Virus record (IMG/VR): IMGVR_UViG_3300043466_001817 | Span: 30,096-94,095 of that record | Direction: 5' to 3' (one strand) | DNA: 64,000 nucleotides | Origin: a virus | Part shown: piece by piece, positions 17,676-27,562 of the stretch | How the letters are laid out: each line of letters starts with the position of its first letter | How positions within the stretch are numbered: the stretch's first letter is position 1 | Translations under genes and position numbers: made by a program | The notes under the pieces: generated by a model | Databases searched by the model: none | What the model was told of the DNA's origin: nothing | Seen by the model: the letters and a program-made list of their open reading frames with translations, nothing else

Positions 17676-19769
17676 ATGCTGAGATTCAAATCATACCTAG
17701 TCGAAGACTTTGACGTACAAATTTTAATTCTTGAAGGAAAAGCCCAACACCAAGTTGTTAAACAGTTTGGGCCAAAAATTTTAGAACTAATGCAAAGAGA
17801 TCAGGGGAGACTCGGTGAGGCTGGCGATCTTCCAGGAACTTTGCATTATGAAAAAATCAAAGATCAAGAAGGACATGGAACACCAGAACACATGTCCAAT
17901 TACATTTTAAAGCACATGGGGATTCCCGAAGCCCCAAGTTATTTGAATATCAGCAAACCAGAAGATGCAAATACTTGGAATCAGCATGTAAATTGGATGT
18001 TGACAAGATATGCTCAAGGCGGACAAGGAGTTGGTAAGGGTGGTATTCAAAGATTAGAAGATATTCAATATAGAGCATTACCAGCATTGGCCAAATTTCA
18101 CAAATTGACCAAAGAAGGAAAATTAAATGCATCTTCTTTGGCAAAGTGGAAGCATTTGACTGACATGGAAGATGCTTTGCAAAATGCAGATCCATTGAAT
18201 GCAGAAGGCGTAGATCCAGATGAATACACAGTTCATGGTGAAAATGAGCATTGGACGGTTGTAACTCCACATACGGCAGAAGCAGCATGTTCATTGGGCC
18301 ACGGAACAAACTGGTGTACTACATCGGGGGCTTTTGAGCAATATAATGAACAGGGCCCATTACACATTGCAATTCCAAAGAAACCATCACATAAAAATGA
18401 GAAATATCAATTACATATAGAATCAAATCAATTCATGGATGAAGGTGATGAGCCAGTTTCAAAAGAACAGTTCTTGAATACACATAAATCAAGACCATTC
18501 CCAACAAGTATTTCTGCACCTGCAAAAACTAAGTTTAATCTTTCTGCAGAACATTTCAATGAAGAAGAAATGGATCATATACTTAAAACAAACACTACAG
18601 CGGCACTTCGCATTGGTCTAGGCGAACATATTAGCAAACCACGTGTAATGGAATACTTAAAAACTTCAAGACCTCGTGATATTGATAATGTAGCAAGAGT
18701 ACTTAGTCAAACAAAACATATTCAAAAAGAAGATGTTGATTATATTTTCAATAATTTTAAAGGACATCACTCTGGTACAGGCGAATTTGGCCCACATGTC
18801 ATTAATGCATTTTTGGGTAAAAACTTTGTTGATATGCTTCCTGGTCACAAAGGAAAAACAAATTATGATGAGCATATTACACCAGAACATTTAAAAAATG
18901 CATATGAGTATTCAATATCTAAAGATGCAGATTTTGAAACTGCAAAGAAACTTAAAGAAAAAATAACAAGTCACCCAAATGTACCAGAAGATGTTCTTGA
19001 ACATGCTCGTTCAATTAGAAACCATTCAGCATATGCAAATCCAAGAACTACAGCAAAACAAATTGAACAATTTTTTGAAGAAGAAAAAGCAAATCCAAAT
19101 AAAGAAACTCATAATGCTAGAAATACAATGGTTTTACAAAATGCTGTAAGAAATCCAAATTTCCCACAGCATATGTTTGAATCAATAATTAATTACGACC
19201 AACTTCCAAAGAGACAATCGACTTATTCATTACGATTTGATAATCGTAATGAATACGATTTTCATGGAATAAATGTATTCGATGCAGAAATGAAACAATT
19301 AAGAAATTCTGTACTTCAAAATCCTTCATTGTCGGATAAACACATACACAAAGTTCTTGATACTCCATCATTGTTTAAAACTGAAAACGAGCATGCAGAT
19401 GCACTGAGATCAATAATTTTTAATCCTTCAGCGACACCAAAACATATAGTAAAAGCAATAGAAACCGCACCAGTGGATATAAACAGTTCTTCAGTTAAAA
19501 AGAACAAACACAGTTTTACTCATACTGTTCTTGACAAATACAATGCCCAAAGTAAAGGAGTCGTTCCTGAAGAAGTTTTTGATGCTCTTGTACGAAATGA
19601 AACTGGGATGTATGGAACTCTTGGTTCTTTAATAAAACACAGTCAATTTACTGATAAACATGCTGATGAATTGATGAAAAAATTTGAAGGAAATCAATTT
19701 GTTCAAGATGAAATTATCAAACAAATGAATTCAAAAAAACAGCAGCCAATAACCCCGAGCCAATACTGA
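17676..19769 (+). CDS. Large putative internal virion protein
   Basis: MLRFKSYLVE N-terminus; ACSLGHGTNWCT motif; helical HPN/NP repeats. Confidence 0.6.
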   Translation: MLRFKSYLVEDFDVQILILEGKAQHQVVKQFGPKILELMQRDQGRLGEAGDLPGTLHYEKIKDQEGHGTPEHMSNYILKHMGIPEAPSYLNISKPEDANTWNQHVNWMLTRYAQGGQGVGKGGIQRLEDIQYRALPALAKFHKLTKEGKLNASSLAKWKHLTDMEDALQNADPLNAEGVDPDEYTVHGENEHWTVVTPHTAEAACSLGHGTNWCTTSGAFEQYNEQGPLHIAIPKKPSHKNEKYQLHIESNQFMDEGDEPVSKEQFLNTHKSRPFPTSISAPAKTKFNLSAEHFNEEEMDHILKTNTTAALRIGLGEHISKPRVMEYLKTSRPRDIDNVARVLSQTKHIQKEDVDYIFNNFKGHHSGTGEFGPHVINAFLGKNFVDMLPGHKGKTNYDEHITPEHLKNAYEYSISKDADFETAKKLKEKITSHPNVPEDVLEHARSIRNHSAYANPRTTAKQIEQFFEEEKANPNKETHNARNTMVLQNAVRNPNFPQHMFESIINYDQLPKRQSTYSLRFDNRNEYDFHGINVFDAEMKQLRNSVLQNPSLSDKHIHKVLDTPSLFKTENEHADALRSIIFNPSATPKHIVKAIETAPVDINSSSVKKNKHSFTHTVLDKYNAQSKGVVPEEVFDALVRNETGMYGTLGSLIKHSQFTDKHADELMKKFEGNQFVQDEIIKQMNSKKQQPITPSQY

Positions 19770-19770
19770 T

Positions 19771-20283
19771 ATGAAAAATTTTAAACAATTTATCATCGAA
19801 GCCAACGAACTGGCAAGAATCGAACACAAAAAATCGCCAGCTCACCACTCACACCCAATGGGTCAATTTTTGCAATTCATGCGTGATGAACTTCCAAACA
19901 TTCAAGTGGATGATTCTGTAGCGCATGGAATGTACAAGAAAGAATTGGATTCTTATCTTGATACATTGATGGGAGAAGATCCAAAACATTTTGATAATCT
20001 TCACAAGGAACTCACCACCGACGAAGAAGATGGAAGCACCAGAAGAAGAGATTTGTTTGATGTTCTTCTCCATGTTACTGGAGAGGCAAAGGAAAGAGCA
20101 TATAAAAAACTTGTTCAAGTACACAACCCAAGAGCATGGGAGACTCATCTTGATGATTTAAACGATGTCAGAGAAAGAGTCAAGAACCACATTGACGAGA
20201 AGGCTTCGGCAATGATAAAGTCAAGAACAAAAGATAATCCAAAATTCAGTCATATCGAATCTACAACCGATATAGAAATTTGA
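19771..20283 (+). CDS. Putative internal head protein
   Basis: MKNFKQFIIE, like the T4 IP capsid-targeting sequence. Confidence 0.6.
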   Translation: MKNFKQFIIEANELARIEHKKSPAHHSHPMGQFLQFMRDELPNIQVDDSVAHGMYKKELDSYLDTLMGEDPKHFDNLHKELTTDEEDGSTRRRDLFDVLLHVTGEAKERAYKKLVQVHNPRAWETHLDDLNDVRERVKNHIDEKASAMIKSRTKDNPKFSHIESTTDIEI

Positions 20284-20290
20284 GGATAAC

Positions 20291-20929
20291 ATGAAAAGTT
20301 TTAAACAATTTCTAACTGAAGAAGCAGAAGAATCTTTTGATGGTGGAAAGCCATTCAAAAGCAGAATCATTCGCAGACCAACAGCACAATCAATAGACCC
20401 GGCTTTCAGAGCCCTTGATCTATCGACTGAATATGCAAATTTTCCATCTGACCAATCGGCTACCGAGAGATATGTCAATGTAGCCAAAGAAATTCATAAA
20501 CTTGGGTCAAGTGAAAATAAAAATGAAAGAGAATATTACAACTGGTGGATGGATGTTGTTGAAGATCCAGGATTAAGGAACAGGGACAAAATCAGAGAAT
20601 TAAGAAAAATTTCTGGATATTTGGTAGCAGCCAAGCGCGGAGAACTGTTCCCAGCAACAATCACACAGGACGCAACAGAGTTGAAACCAAGAAAATTAAA
20701 CTTACCCACAACCCTTTTCAAAGATCCAGAACAAAGAAAGAAGCCGGGTGGAAAATTAGTTCCTCTTTCTGGCGAAGCAGAGGAACTTCACACAGCATTG
20801 GGTAACATACCCCATTACAGAGAAGTTCTTGAAAGACCAGAGCAAACCACCATCATTCCATCAGCATCGGTCAAGAGCAAAATTTTGGATATTACCAGAC
20901 CATTCCATGTAACCCCAAGCCATTATTGA
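20291..20929 (+). CDS. Putative internal head protein
   Basis: MKSFKQFLTE. Confidence 0.6.
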   Translation: MKSFKQFLTEEAEESFDGGKPFKSRIIRRPTAQSIDPAFRALDLSTEYANFPSDQSATERYVNVAKEIHKLGSSENKNEREYYNWWMDVVEDPGLRNRDKIRELRKISGYLVAAKRGELFPATITQDATELKPRKLNLPTTLFKDPEQRKKPGGKLVPLSGEAEELHTALGNIPHYREVLERPEQTTIIPSASVKSKILDITRPFHVTPSHY

Positions 20930-20930
20930 T

Positions 20931-21410
20931 ATGAAAAATTTTAAACAATTTTTAGCAGAGAGAAATTTTAGCCCGACCGACAACGATGAAGTAAGCGATG
21001 TGGATTTCTATGGGGAACACACAAAATTATCCCCTGAAGATTACGGAAATTTTATCAAATCTTTGACTGATAAGTTTGCTACGATAGAAAAAGATTTCAA
21101 TGATTCTCCCCTTTCCCGTGAAGATTATGATTATCTACGTGATATGCAGGGGGGACACCAAAGAGAACTTGATTACCACATAACAAACCCACATATCACG
21201 GATGAACATTTACATCATGCCGTTCCTCATTTGTTGAATCACAATTTCAAGAGTACAGTAGAAAATTTAGATATTCCGTGGTCTGTAATGAAACCCCATG
21301 CAGAGATGGCGATGGTGGCTTTCCCCGACAAGAAGAATATTAGAGCATTCAATGCCAGAGAAGAAATTGAAAAGGGTAAGGCTCCCTCTGTAACCCAAAG
21401 CCATTATTGA
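20931..21410 (+). CDS. Putative internal head protein
   Basis: MKNFKQFLAE. Confidence 0.6.
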   Translation: MKNFKQFLAERNFSPTDNDEVSDVDFYGEHTKLSPEDYGNFIKSLTDKFATIEKDFNDSPLSREDYDYLRDMQGGHQRELDYHITNPHITDEHLHHAVPHLLNHNFKSTVENLDIPWSVMKPHAEMAMVAFPDKKNIRAFNAREEIEKGKAPSVTQSHY

Positions 21411-21411
21411 T

Positions 21412-21633
21412 ATGAAAAATTTTAAACAATTTATCACAGAAAATTATGATGTCTACCTAGACATGCCCCATACCAAAAAATTCAGGGCTCTTATCACAAT
21501 GGTAGACAAGGATGGGAAGGAACACAATTTTCCAATAGGATCAGATGATAATGTCAGAGAGGCAGCACATAAGACAATCAAAGGGCTATCTGACAAAGGA
21601 TTCACCCTTAAGGATGTAGAATACGAATTTTAA
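21412..21633 (+). CDS. Putative internal head protein
   Basis: MKNFKQFITE. Confidence 0.6.
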   Translation: MKNFKQFITENYDVYLDMPHTKKFRALITMVDKDGKEHNFPIGSDDNVREAAHKTIKGLSDKGFTLKDVEYEF

Positions 21634-21649
21634 ACGGATAAATAACTTT

Positions 21650-22093
21650 ATGAACTACCTAACAAATTATTACAAAAATTTATGCGAACAACTAGAAATG
21701 CAACTTGCCCTATTGGAAGCCAAAGTAAAGGATTCCAAGAAGAAGAGCAAGGGCAAGAAACTTGACCCAGTAGGCAAGGAAGATGGTGACATCGACAATG
21801 ATGGTGATGAGGATGAAACTGATGGATACCTAGCCAACCGTCGTAAGGCAATCGGTAAGGCAATGAAAAATAAAAAGAAAGTTGTCAAGGAAGAAACTTC
21901 AACAGGAGTAGAGGGAGACTACGAAGGGGAGATGTCAAAAGGGGAACTCCAATACACAATTCAAAATGCCCAAGAAATTTTAGATCAACTCAAGGATGAT
22001 GATGAACTAGAAGCATGGGTACAGAGCAAGATTACAAAGGCTTCTGACTATATTTCTACAGTAAAAGATTATATGGCTGGTAGGAATAAGTAA
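21650..22093 (+). CDS. Late protein with conserved T4-like modules
   Basis: LDPVGKEDGDIDNDGDEDETDGYLANRRKAI and LEAWVQSKITKASDY; MNYLTNYYKNL N-terminus. Confidence 0.65.
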   Translation: MNYLTNYYKNLCEQLEMQLALLEAKVKDSKKKSKGKKLDPVGKEDGDIDNDGDEDETDGYLANRRKAIGKAMKNKKKVVKEETSTGVEGDYEGEMSKGELQYTIQNAQEILDQLKDDDELEAWVQSKITKASDYISTVKDYMAGRNK

Positions 22094-22099
22094 GGGGGT

Positions 22100-22930
22100 A
22101 ATACGAGGGATAGAGTAAGGAAGATTGGGTAAAAAATATTGAAGAATTTTAAGAAAATTTGGAGTTAGACCCACACTCTCTAACACCCTTTAAACCTCTT
22201 ATAAGCCATCCAGAGCCCGTCCAGCGCACAAAAGGCCCCCGGAGTCATGTCCGAGGGCCTTGTCTCTAATAGCCTTATAGGCGGTCAAGCAATTACTATC
22301 AAGATTTTGACAAATTTTAGAGAATTTTTGACAATATTAGCACAACCCTGTCCAGAGTTCTCCATACCGTCCGCCATATGAGCAATGTAAGGGTTCTTAT
22401 CGACAATATCTTTAATTATTTTGACACTTGGGCTACATGCCGTCCGAGCACCGTCCAGATAACGTCCAGGGCCCGTACCGTCCGAGAATATATTAAAATT
22501 TTTGAGAATATTATAACCTACCTACCTAGGGGCCCTACACCCTGATAGTAGATAAAAAAATTTTAGATTCTTCCAGATCCCGTCCCGCTGGATCCCGTCC
22601 ACAAATTTTCAATAATTCTTGGAACGTCTGATATCTGAACAATTCCCAGACCCACCAGCGCACCGATAACCGTGGCGCTCACGAGTCCGATAACCCCCAC
22701 AGTTCTCCAGAGAACAGCCCAGACGAGTCCGATAACCCCCCATGCCCCATAACTAGATCTACGGTACACACTAGGGCGATAGGGGGTTATCGGTCGCATG
22801 AACAGTCCCCTAGTATACACCACAGGACCCATAAGTCAAGTAATGGCAAGGACTTACGATCCAGTGAAGACGTCCAGTTCTCTGGAGAAATGAATTAAAT
22901 TTAATACCGTCCAGCCCGTCCCGTCCGCGA
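22100..22930. repeat. Non-coding left border of the GC island with short-motif repeats
   Basis: Many CCGTCC/GTCCAG; ACGAGTCCGATAACCCCC twice; CCGATAACC three times plus one inverted; orphan CCTGATAGTAG at 22541. Confidence 0.7.
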
Positions 22931-22995
22931 CTACTATCAGGGAGCGCAAATATTATGCAAAAAATCAAAGTTCCTCTGAGGAACTTTGATAGTAG
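22931..22995. repeat. CTACTATCAGG-palindrome element, copy 1
   Basis: ATCAAAGTTCCTC-T-GAGGAACTTTGAT then AGTAG. Confidence 0.9.
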
Positions 22996-23071
22996 CCGGT
23001 ATGTATACAATAGAACAACCCCCGGGCCTGGCTCTCTCCTTCCAGTCCGGGGGCGTTCCTACGGGGATTAC

Positions 23072-25174
23072 TTACTTGCAGGGCAAGCTGTAGATGGCTT
23101 CCGTCCCCCGCTTGAGGGGCTGGCCCGCCACGATGTCCACATACCGGGAGAGGAACACGCGGCTACCGCTGCGCTTCGCCATCGTCTTGACGAAGGTGTT
23201 CTTGACCTTCGTGAAGGTTCCGCTGTCCACGATGGCATCCTCGTCCTTGACGATCTTCGGGGTCTTGACGAGGAAGTACGCATCGTACCCGTGGAAGATC
23301 TCGTCGTGGACAACGATGCAGCCGTCCTTGTACGCCTCCTTCGCAGCAGCGAACCGGGGAGAGGCGGCGAGGTTCTGATACGAACCCCTCTCCTTCGCGG
23401 CCACGCAGTACTGGTAGAAGAACGATTCGGTCAGGGCGTTGGGGCCAACCATCATCCCGACGAGGCGGGCGTTGAACTTCTCACGCAGGGAGTGCAGCAT
23501 GATGCCGACGATCTCGTTGCCCAAGCACGAAGTCATCTCGCGGGAAGGCATCCGGGTGATCGTTCCCGTGATGTTGTTCTGCACCGTCAGCACCCCGTCC
23601 TGACCGACGCTGTACATGGAGTAGATATCGTCGCCCTTCGCGCCACGGATGCCGATGCCGTTGGGCGAACCGTCCGTGATGTGCATGAGCGTGGGGATCT
23701 GAATGTTGTTGGCCTTGATCCACTCCGCGACGAACTGGGACGCGATGGCGACGGCCTCCACCGTGGGCGTACCGCCCAACCGGATCGCAGCGGGCCGCTT
23801 GTTCTGAACGATGGACTCGTAGAGGTAGGCCATGACCTTCTCGCGCTTGTCCGCACCGTCCCGCGACGAGGCAATGTTGATGAGGCGGGCCTCGTTGAGC
23901 GTGAGGGTGTTCATCTGCTGTCCGACGATCTTCGGCTCAAACATCCTGCTGAAGTCGCTGTAGTACTTCGTGGGGTTCTTCTTGCGCCACTCATCGAACT
24001 TGCCGCCGTGGAACGCGGCCTGATTCACTTCGGTGTAGCCGAACACCTCAAAGGGGATCTTCGCCTTCTCGCAGAACCAAACCAACTGGCAGACCTGAAG
24101 GAAGCAGTCCGACAGAGAGTGCTGCATCGACCCGCTGAAGTCCATGAGGAACACGATGCCGTGGTTCTTGCCGTCCTGCTTGACGATCTTGGAAAGGAAG
24201 ATATCGTCGTGGGTGCGGTACTGGTGGAGGCGGTCAAGGTTCAACTGGCCCGTCTGCTTGGGCCGCTCCTTGCGGATCGCGTCCGCTGCCTTGCGGCGCT
24301 CAAACTGCATGACGAGCTGCCGAACGAACGAATCGGAGTCCTTGACGAACTGGCGGTAGCCGGTCAGATCGACCTGCGGGTACGAGGTCTGCTTCTCAAA
24401 CTCGTCAAAGATGTAATCCGTGGGGACGATGGCAGCGTTGACATCCTCCAACATGGGGATGACAACCGTGGGCGAGTGAACCTTCGGGCCGGACTTCTTG
24501 CCGTGGCCCGCGATGTCAGTCTCCACGATCCCGTCCTGCATGGCTTCGGTGCCGATCGCGTCGGCCTGACCCTGCTGCTGCTCTGCCTTCTCGCGGGCAG
24601 CCTGCATCTGCGGCGACTGGTAGATGATCTTGGCGAGGGCGATGCACTCCTCGAAAGTCTCGCAACCATCGACCGCATCCACGATGGCCTGCTCGTTCTC
24701 GTCCATCGGAACGGTGACGAAACCGGGAACGCCCCACTTGAAGTGGATGTTCACCTTGTTGACGATGTTCGCGTCGGTCAAGTCCATCTTGGCGATGCCG
24801 AACATATCCAAGTCGTTGATCTCCTTGTAGCCCAAGAAGAAGTCGCGGCGGGTGCCGGGGAACTTGTCCTTCATCTTCTTCTCAATGCGGACATCCTCAA
24901 TGACATTGGCGATGCGCTGAAGCAACTCGATGTTGAACCCCTCCGCTTCGGCCTGATCGAACAGCACCTTCGACTGCTCGTAGGGAGTCCACAGGGCGTG
25001 GCTGATCTCATGGGCGACGAGCATGGTCTGCACCGTTTCGGAAACCTTCCAGACGGGCATGACGAGGTGGCGGTTCTCAACATCGAACGACGCGGTGGCG
25101 GCGTTGGCATCGAAGGAGAACGAAATGTTTTCGGAGGCGAGGGCGCGAGCGAAGATGGAGAGAGAAGTGTTCAT
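23072..25174 (-). CDS. CobT-like protein: HExxH peptidase-like N-domain plus vWA domain
   Basis: AHEISHALWT, NVIEDVRIE, MIDAS DFSGSM, GGTP, ITDG; leaderless TTGCAT...TACAAT-N6-ATG. Confidence 0.85.
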   Translation of the reverse strand: MNTSLSIFARALASENISFSFDANAATASFDVENRHLVMPVWKVSETVQTMLVAHEISHALWTPYEQSKVLFDQAEAEGFNIELLQRIANVIEDVRIEKKMKDKFPGTRRDFFLGYKEINDLDMFGIAKMDLTDANIVNKVNIHFKWGVPGFVTVPMDENEQAIVDAVDGCETFEECIALAKIIYQSPQMQAAREKAEQQQGQADAIGTEAMQDGIVETDIAGHGKKSGPKVHSPTVVIPMLEDVNAAIVPTDYIFDEFEKQTSYPQVDLTGYRQFVKDSDSFVRQLVMQFERRKAADAIRKERPKQTGQLNLDRLHQYRTHDDIFLSKIVKQDGKNHGIVFLMDFSGSMQHSLSDCFLQVCQLVWFCEKAKIPFEVFGYTEVNQAAFHGGKFDEWRKKNPTKYYSDFSRMFEPKIVGQQMNTLTLNEARLINIASSRDGADKREKVMAYLYESIVQNKRPAAIRLGGTPTVEAVAIASQFVAEWIKANNIQIPTLMHITDGSPNGIGIRGAKGDDIYSMYSVGQDGVLTVQNNITGTITRMPSREMTSCLGNEIVGIMLHSLREKFNARLVGMMVGPNALTESFFYQYCVAAKERGSYQNLAASPRFAAAKEAYKDGCIVVHDEIFHGYDAYFLVKTPKIVKDEDAIVDSGTFTKVKNTFVKTMAKRSGSRVFLSRYVDIVAGQPLKRGTEAIYSLPCK

Positions 25175-25270
25175 GCGCTCATTGTAGCAGGTCTGTAGGT
25201 GAATGCAACTACTAGGATCGGAAAATGGCAATTCTTTTTTGCGTCCGATAAGGGACCGGCCCCGTCCAGG

Positions 25271-25339
25271 CTACTATCAGGCCGTCAAGCAAATAACACA
25301 AAATTCTCAAAGATTCCTCAGAGGAATCTTTGATAGTAG
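25271..25339. repeat. CTACTATCAGG-palindrome element, copy 2
   Basis: TCAAAGATTCCTC-A-GAGGAATCTTTGA then TAGTAG. Confidence 0.9.
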
Positions 25340-25399
25340 CCCCTGCCTGGAAGATCCCCTGCCCCTTTCGGAGCAGGGGATCTTGTCCTCTGAACAGCA

Positions 25400-25621
25400 T
25401 CAGACCGTGGCCGGTGCGATCAGGGAGGTCAGGTCGTAGACCCCCTTGCTGACCGCGCTCTTGTGATCCTTCAGCACCCAAGTGGGGATGCCCTTCATGT
25501 TGATCGCCTGGGCGACGGCCAGCAGGTCGGCCTTGCTGAAGCTGTCGGTGGGGCGGTTGTGAACCTCCGCGTAGTGCTTGGCGGCGGCGACGAAACGGTT
25601 GCGCTTATTGAGGTACGGCAT
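25400..25621 (-). CDS. Small protein paralogous to the N-terminal domain of the adjacent CobS-like ORF
   Basis: SFSKADLL...IPTWVLKD....SKGVYDL versus SFTRDECL...LPAWLVTD....GRGLYSI; AGGAG RBS. Confidence 0.65.
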   Translation of the reverse strand: MPYLNKRNRFVAAAKHYAEVHNRPTDSFSKADLLAVAQAINMKGIPTWVLKDHKSAVSKGVYDLTSLIAPATV

Positions 25622-25639
25622 TGTCAGAATCTCCTTGTG

Positions 25640-26902
25640 TTAGGCGTTGAGAGCGTAGGAAGTGTCAGTCGGGGCAGCGACAGGCTGCGCCTTCTTGTCC
25701 GCACCCTCCGGCATCGGCAGGATGGTGGGGTCGATCTTGGTGTAGAGGTCGAAGAAAGCCTTCTGCGTGGCGGGGTCGAACCGCGTCAGCGTCAACTTGA
25801 TCGCCTTCTCCTTGTCCGCGAAGATGGCGAACGCCTTGCAGACCTCCTCCAAGCGGCGGGTCGTGATGATGTCATCCAAGCCGCCCTCCTTGAAGCCCAA
25901 GCGGATCGTTTCCGCCCACTTGGTGAGGTACTGGGCGAACTCCTTGTCCTCGCGCCCGTAAGCCTTCATCTTGCGGATGATGATGCGGGCCTCCACGGTG
26001 CGATCCGCGTAGTCCTGCTCAAACCAGTACGAGAAGCGGTCGAGGAAAGCCTCGTTCATCACTCGCGTCCCGACGAAGCGGTCGGACTCGCCCTTGCCCT
26101 TCGTGTTGGCGGTGGCGACGGCGTTGAAGCCGACAGACGGGCGGACATACTGCCCGATCTTCTTGAGGTAGATGCCCTTGCCCTCAAGGACGGGCTGGAG
26201 GCACATCATCCGCTCCGAACCCAAGTCGATCTCGTCCAACAGCAGGATGGCACCCTTCTGCATGGCCTGAACGACGGGGCCGTAGACGAACTTGGTTTCG
26301 CCGTTGACGAGGCGGAAGCCGCCCAACAGATCGTCCTCGTCGGTTTCGGAGGTGATGTTGACGCGGACGCACTCGCGGGCGTTGGCCGCGCAGATCTGCT
26401 CAATCATCGTGGTCTTGCCGTTGCCCGACAGACCCGTGATGTAGATGGGCGCGAACTGCTTGGAGGCGAGGATGGTGGCGATGGTGTCGTAGTGGCCCCA
26501 CGGAACGAAGGTGTCGTTCTTGGAGGGAACGAGCGAGACATCGGACATGGGGAGGACGAGGTTGAAGTTGTTGGTGTTGCTGTTCATGGGCGTAATCTTA
26601 TCACAAGTTTCGGTCGGAGTCAAGTCCACGGAAGGAAGATTCTCAACAATCTTTTGGGGAAATTCGAGGTTCAGGCGGGCACCGGCCACTTCGACTTCGG
26701 GGATGCTGTACAGGCCGCGACCCAGGCGACGAGCCTGATCAGTCACGAGCCAAGCGGGCAGGCACGAGTACGAGACCCGGTGCGTCTGCTTGCAGAGGTT
26801 GAGTGCGGTCAGGCACTCGTCACGGGTGAAAGAGGTGCGAAGCCCGAACGACAGGGCGAGGGATTCGAGGAAGTGCTGCTTACGAAGATCGATGCTGTTC
26901 AT
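25640..26902 (-). CDS. cobS: CobS/MoxR-family AAA+ ATPase (alternative in-frame start at 26587)
   Basis: Walker A GLSGNGKT, Walker B LLLDEID, ATANTKGKG, NEAFLDRF. Confidence 0.9.
   Translation of the reverse strand: MNSIDLRKQHFLESLALSFGLRTSFTRDECLTALNLCKQTHRVSYSCLPAWLVTDQARRLGRGLYSIPEVEVAGARLNLEFPQKIVENLPSVDLTPTETCDKITPMNSNTNNFNLVLPMSDVSLVPSKNDTFVPWGHYDTIATILASKQFAPIYITGLSGNGKTTMIEQICAANARECVRVNITSETDEDDLLGGFRLVNGETKFVYGPVVQAMQKGAILLLDEIDLGSERMMCLQPVLEGKGIYLKKIGQYVRPSVGFNAVATANTKGKGESDRFVGTRVMNEAFLDRFSYWFEQDYADRTVEARIIIRKMKAYGREDKEFAQYLTKWAETIRLGFKEGGLDDIITTRRLEEVCKAFAIFADKEKAIKLTLTRFDPATQKAFFDLYTKIDPTILPMPEGADKKAQPVAAPTDTSYALNA
26595..26623 (-). promoter_or_regulatory. Internal sigma70 promoter for a short leaderless CobS
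   Basis: TTGACT-N17-TAAGAT-N7-ATG(26587). Confidence 0.7.
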
Positions 26903-27015
26903 GAGAACATTGTAATCTATGAGGCGAAGATTGCAAGACCAATCTTCCATTATTCTCAAGATTGTCTCCAGGTCCGATAACCGGCCCCAGAGTCTGGTGC
27001 TGTCCGTTCTGTCCA

Positions 27016-27083
27016 CTACTATCAGGGAAATAATATAATATCTCGGAAAAAATCAAAGACCGCCTGGCGGTCTTTGATAGTAG
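27016..27083. repeat. CTACTATCAGG-palindrome element, copy 3
   Basis: ATCAAAGACCGCC-T-GGCGGTCTTTGAT then AGTAG. Confidence 0.9.
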
Positions 27084-27087
27084 TGGC

Positions 27088-27119
27088 AAATAAAAACCCC
27101 CAGCCTAGCAACTGGGGGT
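27088..27119 (-). terminator. Rho-independent terminator
   Basis: ACCCCCAG..CTGGGGGT followed by a T-rich run on the minus strand. Confidence 0.75.
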
Positions 27120-27158
27120 CGGAGGAACATCCTCCTTGAAGAAAGAAACGAACCTGAA

Positions 27159-27503
27159 TCAGCCCTTCAGGTACTCCGAAGCCGGGCCACTCTTGCAGCA
27201 GCCGGTACCATCGTTGTAGTAGGACTTCTTGCAGTCCTTGTTCTCGTTGTGGCACTTCTCCCACAGAACATCAACCTCGCGGTGCAGTTGCTCACGGGAG
27301 CCTTCCATCTCGCGCTTGAGTTCCGCAATCTTCTCGTTGCAGGAACGACCGCAGGCAAGCACCTCGTCAATTACATACCGCTCGCTGGCCTCCGTGTAGG
27401 TACGGATGCTGCGAATCTTGTTGTCGATGTAGTTCTTGACGATCAGGCCGCAAGCAAGCACACCGAAGGCGACGGCAAAGATCAAAGCGTAGTTCTCGTT
27501 CAT
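27159..27503 (-). CDS. Membrane-anchored coiled-coil protein
   Basis: N-terminal hydrophobic helix; TTGACA/TATAAT promoter and AGGAG. Confidence 0.65.
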   Translation of the reverse strand: MNENYALIFAVAFGVLACGLIVKNYIDNKIRSIRTYTEASERYVIDEVLACGRSCNEKIAELKREMEGSREQLHREVDVLWEKCHNENKDCKKSYYNDGTGCCKSGPASEYLKG

Positions 27504-27562
27504 CTGAATCTCCTTGTTGTTGGTGGTATTATACCACCTGGTTGTGGGTTGTCAAGTCTGAA

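Noticed and set aside
22563-23010. Minus-strand ORFs of 89 and 66 aa in the left border
   Set aside because: The repeated peptide GVIGLV simply mirrors the DNA repeats; no convincing coding signal.
22955-25198. 747-aa plus-strand ORF
   Set aside because: Antisense shadow of the GC3-biased cobT-like gene; no motifs or promoter.
25463-26980. 505-aa plus-strand ORF and other plus-strand ORFs between 23 and 33.5 kb
   Set aside because: Antisense shadows caused by high GC; promoters and codon bias support the minus strand.
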